From a virus (lineage: Duplodnaviria; Heunggongvirae; Uroviricota; Caudoviricetes), in the IMG/VR virus record IMGVR_UViG_3300045988_065712: a stretch of 21,739 nt of DNA. The stretch is one strand, 5' to 3'. The number at the start of each line of letters is the position of its first letter. Within the stretch, counting starts at the first letter, position 1. The notes under the pieces are model-generated. The model did not search any database. It saw nothing but the letters and a program-made list of their open reading frames with translations, and was not told the origin of the DNA. The position numbers and the translations under genes were made by a program. Below, one piece after another: positions 1 to 7,857 of this stretch.

Positions 1-1
1 A

Positions 2-217
2 CATCCACATAATTTGCTGCCCTGACGGCAACGGGTGCGGCCTTACGGCGTGGACTTCTCCCGGCTTCACGATGTATCGCTGTACAGACTCATAAGTGAT
101 GAACGTGGCGCTGCAATTCACGTTCTGGCACTGGTGATAACGCTCTTTTGTCGTGTCAGTGATATAGCGACTTGTACGCGCATGTGCGGCATGCTGGCAT
201 AAAGGACAATGAAACAT
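2..217 (-). CDS. ogr: Ogr-type late-gene transcriptional activator (zinc-finger), 72 codons; stop codon lies just beyond the window start
   Basis: Manual reverse-complement translation from ATG at 217-215 gives MFHCPLCQHAAHARTSRYITDTTKERYHQCQNVNCSATFITYESVQRYIVKPGEVHAVRPHPLPSGQQIMWM, with CxxC...CxxxxC cysteine pairs. GAGG Shine-Dalgarno 8 nt upstream. Not in ORF track because no stop codon falls inside the window. Position downstream of D matches P2. Confidence 0.75.
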   Translation of the reverse strand, partial: MFHCPLCQHAAHARTSRYITDTTKERYHQCQNVNCSATFITYESVQRYIVKPGEVHAVRPHPLPSGQQIMWM

Positions 218-251
218 CGCGAGCACCTCTTCCGGTTTTGTTGATGGTGCC

Positions 252-280
252 ATTTTAGTTAATTTATCCTTATAAAACAA
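252..280 (-). promoter_or_regulatory. Candidate sigma70-type promoter for ogr (-35 TTGTTT, 17-bp spacer, -10 TAAAAT on minus strand)
   Basis: AT-rich D-ogr intergenic region. Hexamers read by eye on the minus strand with correct spacing about 30 nt upstream of the ogr start. No experimental support. Confidence 0.3.
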
Positions 281-298
281 ACAGATAAAATAAAAACA

Positions 299-1462
299 TC
301 ACTCATCATCTTCTGTTTCGTACTCCACATCAGAAAGCCTGACCTCAAGCTCCAAGGACGTCGTGAAGCCGCTATTATTCAGAAAATGTGTCACCTTAGT
401 GATTGTCCAGTCCTGCTCGTCTATGACGCGCTTAAAGCCTGATACCTTGACCGGCGTTTCCGTGTAAATATCTGCCCGACCGGTAGCCAGGCTGATGGAG
501 AACTCCGCCACACCCCGTTGCAGTTTATCCCACTTCGCCTGAGCGGCGCGCATGGCCTGCGCTTTCGTGGCATATACCGTAGTCAGGGCAAAAACGTTGT
601 CAGCCTCACCGGCCATGTATTCACCTTCGCGCGCTTCCGGTACTTTTGGCGCTTTCTTCTGCGTGACCGGTTTTGCTTTCGGGTGCTCCAGTGCGCGCAG
701 GTGTTTCTCTTTCTTTTTGCGCTTCAGTTTTACCTTCTGCTTTTGTGGCTTCGGGTCTTTGGTGTGTAACCACTTTGCCGTTACGCCGGTATAGGCTCCA
801 CGGTCAGCAATCGCAAAATGATGGCGGTCGCCGTCGCTGCGGGTGATGGTAATCTGCGGGATTTTTTTACCGCTGGCCGTCACCCCCTGCCCCGCTTTGA
901 GAAACAACAGTTTTCCCATTTTTACCGACACCTCACCGCCGTTGCGTTCTGCAAGACGGGTCATGAATTTCGCATCAGACTCCTGCGACTGGTCGATGTG
1001 CGGGATTTTAATTCCGGCCAGTGACGGAGCGACACTGGCTTCCAGCTTATTACGGGAGGCTATCGCCTCAACAATCGCACCGAGCGTGGTGTCATGCCAT
1101 GAGCCTTCACGGCGGGAATTGAGCGTCCCGCGAAAATCTGCACTCCGGGCGCGGATGGTGACCACATCCGGTGCGCCCCGGTGTTCAACCTCATCAACGG
1201 TAAATTTCCCTTTGCATACCAGGGCAAAACCTTTCCAGCCGATATACACCGTCAGGACAGCGCCACGAACCGGCAGCCCGACCTGCCCGTCGGCATCGTT
1301 CAGTTCAATATCAAGCTGGTCAGCCTCAAAGCCCCGGTTATCCGTCAGGGTCATGCTCATCAGACGGTCGCTGATATTGCCGGTAATATCCCTGCTGTCG
1401 AGCATCAGCATGTAATCCGGCGTCAGCGTACTGCCTGCATCAAATGTCAGTGCATCCAGCAT
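299..1462 (-). CDS. D: Tail protein D (P2 gpD-like), 387 aa
   Basis: 387-aa ORF, same length as P2 gpD as recalled. Sits at the end of the FI-FII-E-T-U-D tail operon. Has a lysine-rich linker (KDPKPQKQKVKLKRKKKEKH). Confidence 0.88.
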   Translation of the reverse strand: MLDALTFDAGSTLTPDYMLMLDSRDITGNISDRLMSMTLTDNRGFEADQLDIELNDADGQVGLPVRGAVLTVYIGWKGFALVCKGKFTVDEVEHRGAPDVVTIRARSADFRGTLNSRREGSWHDTTLGAIVEAIASRNKLEASVAPSLAGIKIPHIDQSQESDAKFMTRLAERNGGEVSVKMGKLLFLKAGQGVTASGKKIPQITITRSDGDRHHFAIADRGAYTGVTAKWLHTKDPKPQKQKVKLKRKKKEKHLRALEHPKAKPVTQKKAPKVPEAREGEYMAGEADNVFALTTVYATKAQAMRAAQAKWDKLQRGVAEFSISLATGRADIYTETPVKVSGFKRVIDEQDWTITKVTHFLNNSGFTTSLELEVRLSDVEYETEDDE

Positions 1463-1941
1463 TATCCCGCCCCCGTCATACCCGTGAATTTAGTCGCCAT
1501 ACTGCCAGCCTTACCGATGAGCGATTCCGCCTGTTTACCGATATCGCCATAAAGCGCGGCCAGTGATTCATCAACGCGGGTGAGCGACAGCGTAAAATCA
1601 ATTTTCCGGGGTGTGCCGTCTGCAAAGAAAATACTCCCTGTTTCACTCACCTTGCTGATGACATACATGCCGTAAATCATGCCGGTGCCATCCAGCAACG
1701 GCCACGCCCGCCCCTCCTCTGCCATCAGCCTGAGCGTGGTCATCGTCAGCTTGCCGCCGGTCAGTTCGGGATAAAGCACACCGGCAAGCGTGATGTTTTC
1801 CTCACCCACACCGAGAAACTGAAAAGCGTCCCGTTTACCGATACGGGAATTTGACGGCCAGCGATAATCTGATTCACGCTGCATGGTCTGGTGTGGCAGC
1901 GTCTGGCGCATAAAAACAAACATACCTAACGCGAGCATCAT
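1462..1941 (-). CDS. U: Tail protein U (P2 gpU-like), 159 aa
   Basis: 159-aa ORF between T and D. Length and position match P2 gpU. Confidence 0.88.
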   Translation of the reverse strand: MMLALGMFVFMRQTLPHQTMQRESDYRWPSNSRIGKRDAFQFLGVGEENITLAGVLYPELTGGKLTMTTLRLMAEEGRAWPLLDGTGMIYGMYVISKVSETGSIFFADGTPRKIDFTLSLTRVDESLAALYGDIGKQAESLIGKAGSMATKFTGMTGAG

Positions 1942-1955
1942 TTTTCGTCACCTCC

Positions 1956-4403
1956 TTAACCGTCATGCATCATGCTGGCACGGGCGCGCGCACGTTTATC
2001 CCGCTCGTATTTTTCGAGCGCATCCTGTAACTGGCGGTCGAGCTGTGTCCCCGGCGCAGTACCACCCGTCAGGCTGATGTGATATTCGTTTTTACTCTGG
2101 TCTACATAAGAGCGGCCAGCCGGTGCCGTGACTGGCTGATAAGCCTGATAACCTGCATAAGAGCTGGTCGCCGGAATATAACCACCGCTGCCATACGTGG
2201 CGGCTTGAGTTCTGGCGGCGGTCTGGTCAAGTGTGTCTGACTCTTTGTTGATAACACCGAGTTTTTCCAGTACCCAGTCAATACCACTGCGCAGTTTGTT
2301 GAACGCATTAAGCGGCAGCATCAGCGCGTCAGCCAGTGCCTGCCCGAACATGACGCCCGTGTCACGGCAACGGTTCAGGGTGTCCTGGGTGGCTTTGACC
2401 GGGGCAATCAGGTTTTTAAACCACTGCCACGCGGCCTGTAACTTTTCACCCAGCCAGTCAAACACCGGTTTAAGTGGCGCGAACAGTTCCCCCACCGGCG
2501 CAAATGCCGCTTTCAGCCCTTCCACCACACCGCCAAAGAATGCGCTGACAGGCTCCCAGTATTTACGGATAAGCAACGCCCCGGCGACAATGGCGGCCAC
2601 CACGGCCACAACCGGCCAGCTAATCGCCCCGATGGCGGTTATAACAGCACTGCCAACCGTCGTGAAGATTGCCCCCATTGCGCCTGCTGCCGCGATGATG
2701 GCATTGATGCCGGTGATAACCGGCCAGGCTACGAGGCCAATGGCACCGATGACACCAATCAGTGCCAGTGCACCACCGACAATGATGCCGATGGTTGACG
2801 CCAGTGATTTGTTTTTCTGGATCCAGCCGTCGAGTTTTAACACATACTTTGTGGCCGTCTGCGTGAGATTACGCAGTGCGCCTTCCTGCTGGTCAAACAG
2901 GTCAGTCCCCACCGCCTCATAAGCGGACTGAAACTCCTTAAAGTCACCGCCGAGGTTGTCCTGCATGATATTTACCAGCTCTGCGGTCTTCCCGTCTGAG
3001 GCTTTAAACGCAGCGGTCAGTTTGTCCAGCTTTCCGGTTGAGGCGGCAGTCATCAGCACAGCGGCGGCTGAGCTGGCCTCCTCCCCGAAAATGGTTTTCA
3101 TGTATTCAGCCTGCTGGGCAGTACCGAGCCGGTTTTTCTCAAAACTGGCCTGCATTTCTTTCAGAATGGTAAATATTGGCCGGGTGTTTCCCTTGCTGTC
3201 TGAGGTTTTCACTCCAAGCTCTTTGAGTGCATCCCATGCTTTTCCCGTCGGTGCCTGCAGGCGGCTTAACACGGCACGGCTTCCCGTCCCCGCCATTGAG
3301 CCTGTGATTTTTGCATCATGCAGCGCCCCGACCATTGCGGCGGTTTCTTCAATGCTGACACCGGCATTTTTTGCCACAGGTGCGGCATAGGTCAGCGCAT
3401 CGCTCATGCCGTCAAAATCGGCGGCGGTTTTGTTCATCGTCATGGAGAGAACATCCCCGATATGAGCGACCTTATCGTTTGAAAGCTGAAAGGCGGATTT
3501 CATCCCCATCAGCAGGGCGGCGTTTTCTTCCATCGTGCGGCGGTTCGCCAGCGCCATATTCAGCGTGACCGGCGTTGCCGCCTGAATGGCATCAACATCC
3601 CCACCGGCTTTCGCAATGATAATCTGTGCACCGGCTGCATCATCTGCCGAGGCTGCGGTATTGTCGCCGAGCTGGCGCGCCTGCTTGCGGAGTGCGGTCA
3701 TTTCGGCGGAGTCTTTTGCCACTCCCAGCACAGCCTGCAATTCTGAGTTTTTCTGCGCAAACTCATAACCGGGCATCAGCAGCTTAACTCCGGCCATCGT
3801 TCCCGCAGCAGCAATCCCCACACCGGCAGCGCCCACCGAGACCATATTTCCGGCCAGCTCCTTTCCGGCCTGATAACGCTGTTTGACTGCGTTAAGTTTT
3901 GCCTGTTGCGCACTGACACGCGCCAGCGCGTCGCGCTGACGGTTAAGCTGTGCGGTGGTTTCACTGATACGGTTTTTCAGTCCCTGCTCATCATGTGCAA
4001 GATTGCGGGTATTAATTCCCACAGCGGCCAGTTCCCGCTGCTGGCGTTTAACGGAATCCGTCAGGCGGTTATATTTCGCCTGTAAGTCCTCCGCCGCACG
4101 CTTTGCGGATTCCAGCACTTTCGCCTGAGCACGGGTCGGACGTTCGGTGTTTTTAAACTGTGTGGCAAGGGCTTCGGCTTCCTGCCGAGCCTTTTCAAGT
4201 GCATGACCAGTCACGGCGAGCTGTGCACTGGTCTTGCGGAATCCCTCAATACGGGATGCCTGACCGTTCAGCTCGCGCAGTGATTTTTGTGTTTCCCGGA
4301 TATCCCCCGACAGCGACTTGCTCGCTGTGCGGATGGATTTAAACGGGCGGGATGCCTGGTCAACAGCCCTGAGCAATACCTGTAATTTTACATTGTTACT
4401 CAT
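1956..4403 (-). CDS. T: Tail tape-measure protein (P2 gpT-like), 815 aa
   Basis: 815-aa ORF with coiled-coil-like N-terminal half (many Q/R/E/A/L) and a Gly/Ala/Ile-rich hydrophobic segment (GGALALIGVIGAIGLVAWPVITGINAIIAAAGAMGAIF). Located directly after E/E'. Confidence 0.9.
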   Translation of the reverse strand: MSNNVKLQVLLRAVDQASRPFKSIRTASKSLSGDIRETQKSLRELNGQASRIEGFRKTSAQLAVTGHALEKARQEAEALATQFKNTERPTRAQAKVLESAKRAAEDLQAKYNRLTDSVKRQQRELAAVGINTRNLAHDEQGLKNRISETTAQLNRQRDALARVSAQQAKLNAVKQRYQAGKELAGNMVSVGAAGVGIAAAGTMAGVKLLMPGYEFAQKNSELQAVLGVAKDSAEMTALRKQARQLGDNTAASADDAAGAQIIIAKAGGDVDAIQAATPVTLNMALANRRTMEENAALLMGMKSAFQLSNDKVAHIGDVLSMTMNKTAADFDGMSDALTYAAPVAKNAGVSIEETAAMVGALHDAKITGSMAGTGSRAVLSRLQAPTGKAWDALKELGVKTSDSKGNTRPIFTILKEMQASFEKNRLGTAQQAEYMKTIFGEEASSAAAVLMTAASTGKLDKLTAAFKASDGKTAELVNIMQDNLGGDFKEFQSAYEAVGTDLFDQQEGALRNLTQTATKYVLKLDGWIQKNKSLASTIGIIVGGALALIGVIGAIGLVAWPVITGINAIIAAAGAMGAIFTTVGSAVITAIGAISWPVVAVVAAIVAGALLIRKYWEPVSAFFGGVVEGLKAAFAPVGELFAPLKPVFDWLGEKLQAAWQWFKNLIAPVKATQDTLNRCRDTGVMFGQALADALMLPLNAFNKLRSGIDWVLEKLGVINKESDTLDQTAARTQAATYGSGGYIPATSSYAGYQAYQPVTAPAGRSYVDQSKNEYHISLTGGTAPGTQLDRQLQDALEKYERDKRARARASMMHDG

Positions 4404-4823
4404 TCGTGTTTCCGCTTCGCCGGAGCGCCTTTTCGCGCCATGTGATGAGTTCGGTCAGGCTCATGGGATACAGTTCTGATGGCGGCCAGTGAAATATCAC
4501 TGCCACATCCGCCATCAGGTCATCGACCGAGAGATTTTTCGGAAACGTCACTGCACCGAGTTCGGCGACAAAAAACCGACCACCTTACCGGCCAGCGCCA
4601 CAAGGTCAGGCAGTTCCAGCGCGGCGATCTCCTGCTCGGTCAGCATCGGTGCCGTCATGCGCGGCAGCACTTTAATCAGTGCATCGACTTCGGAGTTTGC
4701 GACCGCAGCCAGACTGACACCGCGCAGCGTCCCGGCATTGGGTTTCATCAGCGTGACCTGTTCGATAACCTGTTCACCACGTTTAACCGGATTATCCAGG
4801 GTAATGACGTTTTCTTTGTTCAT
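4396..4823 (-). CDS. E+E': E+E' frameshift-extended tail chaperone (about 142 aa) made by -1 programmed ribosomal frameshift
   Basis: Slippery heptamer T TTT TTG in the zero frame on the minus strand (plus 4575..4569). I traced the -1 frame by hand from 4569 down to the first stop (TAA at 4398..4396) with no intervening stop, giving about 57 extra codons and a few bases of overlap with the T start. Total about 142 aa, matching P2 E+E' as recalled. Confidence 0.8.
4548..4823 (-). CDS. E: Tail assembly chaperone E (P2 gpE-like), 91 aa
   Basis: 91-aa ORF immediately upstream of the tape-measure gene. Ends ...GKVVGFLSPNSVQ and contains the slippery heptamer. Confidence 0.9.
   Translation of the reverse strand: MNKENVITLDNPVKRGEQVIEQVTLMKPNAGTLRGVSLAAVANSEVDALIKVLPRMTAPMLTEQEIAALELPDLVALAGKVVGFLSPNSVQ
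4569..4575 (-). other. Programmed -1 ribosomal frameshift slippery site (T TTT TTG)
   Basis: Minus-strand codons GGT TTT TTG read directly from the sequence near the 3' end of E. Conserved position for the tail-chaperone frameshift upstream of tape-measure genes. Confidence 0.8.
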
Positions 4824-4879
4824 GGTTTTCTCACTTCTGAATCGGGGTTAACCGGTCAGCCAGGCTGACCGGATGAAAA

Positions 4880-5398
4880 TCACAGGCCGATATTGCGGCG
4901 GTGTTGCTCCAGCCGGTCGACGCCGTTCACCTTCTCAATCATGTTGATGGTGTCGATTTCGACCAGCTCCTTACCGTCCATCGTCAGCCGGAAATAGGTG
5001 CAGACCACGGAGATTTTCGACTCGGTGTCTTCTCCCTGTTTACCCTCGCCGGTGTCGATTTCTTTCTGACGGCCACGCATGACCACCTCGACGGCCACCG
5101 TTTCGCCGGTATCGTCGCGCTGGTAAGAGCCTGCAAAACGAATCGGTACGGCATCCACACCGGTTGCGGCGTAAAGCTCCCAGATAACCGAATCCGGGAA
5201 GCCCCCGAGCGACCACTCCATTGACAGCGCATCGTCATCAAGGCCGAGGTCTACCGGTGCGCTGCCGTTCATCCCCGCACCGCGATAGTTTTCGAGCTTA
5301 CGGGTCAGTTTTGGCAGCGTGACGGACTTCGCGACGCCCTGATAGCTGTAGCCGTTCAGAAAGACGTTCATTAACTTGAGTTTGCGCGGCATTGCCAT
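4880..5398 (-). CDS. FII: Tail tube protein (P2 gpFII-like), 172 aa
   Basis: 172-aa ORF directly downstream of the sheath gene. Length and order match P2 FII. Confidence 0.9.
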   Translation of the reverse strand: MAMPRKLKLMNVFLNGYSYQGVAKSVTLPKLTRKLENYRGAGMNGSAPVDLGLDDDALSMEWSLGGFPDSVIWELYAATGVDAVPIRFAGSYQRDDTGETVAVEVVMRGRQKEIDTGEGKQGEDTESKISVVCTYFRLTMDGKELVEIDTINMIEKVNGVDRLEQHRRNIGL

Positions 5399-5410
5399 CG
5401 GTCAGGCTCC

Positions 5411-6601
5411 TTAATTGCTGTTAACCGAGGTGACCAGATTTGCCAGGTATTTATCGGTAATACGCTGGCGCAGGGTCAGGTTTTCAAGAGGAGGCACCGG
5501 TGTATAGTCGTAGTCGATATACAGTTTTCCGGCCTTGAGGGTTTCCGCATCGTTGGATTCTTCGCTGAACCAGCAGGTCGCATCCACGATATAGCCGTTT
5601 GTTTTCAGCTCACGGAATTTGGCATTGATGCCGTCAACGATGTCGCGAATCAGCGTTGCGGTGATGGGCTTGTCCACCGCCCACATGTGCGCCTCAGCCA
5701 TCGTGTCGGCCAGCACCTGCGCGGTGCGGGTGTAGTTTTCAAAGAGGAACAGCGGGTCATCAGAGCAGGTACGGTTACCCCAGAAGCGGAAACCGTCGCG
5801 GCGAATCAGCGTAGTGACGCCTGACTCGTTAAGCAGGTCAGCATCGGTGCCGGACTCCTGCAAATCCCAGAATACAGATGCGCTGATGCCGGTAACACCG
5901 TTCACCCCGACGTTGGACAGCGTTTTATGCCAGCCCTGCTCCTGGTCGATTTTAGCGCGCAGCCCCAGCGCACGAGCGGTGGCATACGCGGTGGCGGTGG
6001 TACTGGTGACCGTATCCCATGCGAGGAAATCCGGCCAGATGACCATCAGCTCACGCTGGCTGAAATTCTGGCGGTAGGCTTTCACCTCGGAAATGGTCTT
6101 ACAGCCCCATGCGCTGATATACCCGAAAGCGCGCAGCTTCTGACAGACTGATGCCAGTGCTACAGCCACCTCTTTGGTATCCAGTCCCGGCACACCAAGA
6201 ATACGCGGTTTAACACCGGTTACCGACTCTGCCGCCAGCAGGGCTTTCAGTCCGGTGTACTGACCGTTTTCGTCAGTGGTGCCGATGATATTGGAAACGG
6301 TCTGCGCAAGTTTCGTTTCTTCGTCGTCGCCGGTGCCGTCCTCCACGCGCACAACAACGGTGACCGGTTTTGACTGGTCGGCGATAGCCTGCAACGATGC
6401 CGCCAGCGTGCCTTTTTTACCGGCCTTTGCAATTGCGCTCTGCACATTGGTAATCAGCACCGGTTTATTGAGGGGGAAGGTTTCCGCATCCGCATCGCTG
6501 GCCGTGCAGACCATGCCAACAATGGCAGTGGATACGGTGGAAATGACACGGGTGCCGTCGTTAATCTCCAGCACCTGCACGCCGTGATGATAGTCACTCA
6601 T
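5411..6601 (-). CDS. FI: Contractile tail sheath protein (P2 gpFI-like), 396 aa
   Basis: 396-aa ORF, first gene of the sheath-tube-chaperone-tape-measure block. Length matches P2 FI. Confidence 0.9.
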   Translation of the reverse strand: MSDYHHGVQVLEINDGTRVISTVSTAIVGMVCTASDADAETFPLNKPVLITNVQSAIAKAGKKGTLAASLQAIADQSKPVTVVVRVEDGTGDDEETKLAQTVSNIIGTTDENGQYTGLKALLAAESVTGVKPRILGVPGLDTKEVAVALASVCQKLRAFGYISAWGCKTISEVKAYRQNFSQRELMVIWPDFLAWDTVTSTTATAYATARALGLRAKIDQEQGWHKTLSNVGVNGVTGISASVFWDLQESGTDADLLNESGVTTLIRRDGFRFWGNRTCSDDPLFLFENYTRTAQVLADTMAEAHMWAVDKPITATLIRDIVDGINAKFRELKTNGYIVDATCWFSEESNDAETLKAGKLYIDYDYTPVPPLENLTLRQRITDKYLANLVTSVNSN

Positions 6602-6660
6602 CCGTTTAACTCCGTGGTTAATGGGTGAGTGATATTTTCAGTTGTGCCGGAGATGTCAGG

Positions 6661-7254
6661 CTATTTGTCCCGGTTGGCTAAGGGATGACACAATTTATTC
6701 TTTGTCGCTGATGAGGGGAATTTTTTATAGAGCGTGGACAGGCCAATATCAAAAATCAGCGCCACGCGTTGACGTGATTCACCCGCAGCCAGCAACCGTC
6801 CTGCCTGTTCCCACTCACTCGCGGTGAGCTTCGGACGTCTGCCACCAATACGACCTTTAGCTCTGGTCGCTTCCAGTCCGGCGCGTGTCCGCTCGACAAT
6901 GAGTTCTCGTTCCATTTCAGCCAGGGCACCCATCACATGAAAGAAAAAACGCCCCATCGGCGTGCTGGTATCAATAGCATCCGTCAGGCTGCGAAAATTA
7001 ACGCCGCGTTCGCGCAGCTCCTCAACCAGAATGACCAGATGCCGCATACTACGCCCCAGCCTGTCCAGCTTCCAGACCACCAGTGTATCCCCCTCCGATA
7101 ATGTCCTGAGCAGTTTTTTCAGTCCCGGTCGGTCGGACTTAGTGCCGCTGATTTTATCCTCAAAAATCAGCTCACATCCTGCGCACTCCAGCGCGTTACG
7201 CTGCAATTCCGTGTTCTGGTCATTTGTTGACACGCGTACATAGCCAATAAGCAT
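6661..7254 (-). CDS. Site-specific DNA invertase, small serine recombinase of the Hin/Gin/Cin/Pin family
   Basis: N-terminus MLIGYVRVSTNDQNTELQRNALE... carries the catalytic-serine motif (VRVSTNDQ). Also GDTLVVWKLDRLGRS, FFHVMGALAEMERELIVERT and a C-terminal HTH-like segment (LSTLYKK). Start set at the third Met of the ORF-track ORF (7254), which has an AGGGGG Shine-Dalgarno about 6 nt upstream. The track start at 7260 is the alternative. Confidence 0.9.
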   Translation of the reverse strand: MLIGYVRVSTNDQNTELQRNALECAGCELIFEDKISGTKSDRPGLKKLLRTLSEGDTLVVWKLDRLGRSMRHLVILVEELRERGVNFRSLTDAIDTSTPMGRFFFHVMGALAEMERELIVERTRAGLEATRAKGRIGGRRPKLTASEWEQAGRLLAAGESRQRVALIFDIGLSTLYKKFPSSATKNKLCHPLANRDK

Positions 7255-7309
7255 GAGCATCCCCCTGAATAAAAACCGGAGATGATGCCAGTTACCCGTT
7301 GTCTCTGCA

Positions 7310-7335
7310 TTTTCATAAACGTTGGTTTGGGGGAA
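7310..7335. other. Candidate invertase crossover site (ttttcatAAACG-TT-GGTTTgggggaa)
   Basis: Contains the AAACx-NN-xGTTT core typical of Hin/Gin-family recombination sites. Lies about 55-80 bp upstream of the invertase start, where hix/gix-type sites sit, and at the 5' boundary of the promoterless fibre-tip cassette. Overall match to hix/gix is only partial. Confidence 0.4.
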
Positions 7336-7755
7336 GGCTCTGCACTGCCTGTTGGTGTGCCCGTTCCGTGGCCCTTAGAAACACCACCAACGGGCTGGCT
7401 AAAATGCAATGGTGCAGCATTTTCTTCTGAAATGTATCCCAAACTGGCAAAAGCCTACCCCACCAATAAATTACCGGATTTACGCGGTGAATTTATCCGT
7501 GGCTGGGATGATGGGCGCGGGATTGATGCGGGACGTACCCTGCTTTCAGGGCAGGATGGTACAAGTTTTTCTCATTACGGAGGTAATTTCGACATTGGGT
7601 CTGGTCATTCAATCAATAACTATGACCAAATTGTTTCTAACCAACCAGGATTTTCCCGTTTTTCATTTGCAGGGCCTTCACGAGGTGATGGGGTTAATTA
7701 TGTAACCATTCGTCCTCGTAACATTGCGTTTAATTATATCGTAAGGGCGGCATGA
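7322..7755 (+). CDS. Promoterless alternative tail-fibre C-terminal (receptor-binding tip) cassette, about 145 codons, opposite orientation to H
   Basis: ORF 7282..7755 encodes ...GEGSALPVGVPVPWPLETPPTGWLKCNGAAFSSEMYPKLAKAYPTNKLPDLRGEFIRGWDDGRGIDAGR..., a tail-collar-type fibre tip like the variable tip segments of Mu/P1-type invertible tail-fibre systems. No Shine-Dalgarno or promoter. The N-terminal 13 codons of the track ORF are read-through of the invertase promoter region. Confidence 0.7.
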
Positions 7756-7774
7756 AAACGTTCGTTTCGAACAG
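7749..7774. other. Second crossover-like site (ggcatgAAAACG-TT-CGTTTcgaacag) overlapping the cassette stop codon
   Basis: 12-mer aaacgttcgttt (7756..7767) is an 11/12 match to aaacgttggttt (7317..7328), with the same TT core on the same strand, so a direct repeat. Perfect 5-bp dyad AAACG/CGTTT around the core. Confidence 0.3.
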
Positions 7775-7803
7775 GAGGAGTAGCGGAGGGCTATGTTGCT
7801 TAG

Positions 7804-7851
7804 TTTGAAAATAGCTGGTCTTGCTGATGCGCATTGATGTAGCAAGACCAG
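7804..7851 (-). terminator. Probable rho-independent terminator of the V-W-J-I-H-G tail operon (11-bp stem, U-rich tail on minus strand)
   Basis: Perfect inverted repeat ctggtcttgct (7815..7825) and agcaagaccag (7841..7851) with a 15-nt loop. On the minus strand it lies 7 nt downstream of the G stop codon and is followed by CUAUUUUC. Confidence 0.5.
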
Positions 7852-7857
7852 TATGGT

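Noticed and set aside
843-1415. 190-codon plus-strand ORF antisense to D (and neighbouring small plus-strand ORFs 518..1024)
   Set aside because: Embedded antisense to a well-supported structural gene, with an Ser/Pro/Arg-rich product and no translation signals. Judged spurious.
2233-2922. 229-codon ORF on the plus strand, antisense to the tape-measure gene
   Set aside because: Lies entirely within T on the opposite strand. The product is low-complexity (Ala/Ser/Thr/Pro-rich), typical of open antisense frames in GC-rich coding DNA, with no Shine-Dalgarno or promoter.
7409-7705. 98-codon plus-strand ORF overlapping the fibre-tip cassette in another frame, and minus-strand ORF 7167..7442
   Set aside because: Alternative-frame overlaps of better-supported features, with no independent signals.
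7793-7837. 14-codon ORF MLLSLKIAGLADAH as a real gene
   Set aside because: Too short, poor Shine-Dalgarno spacing, and it overlaps the terminator hairpin. More likely a remnant or chance ORF.
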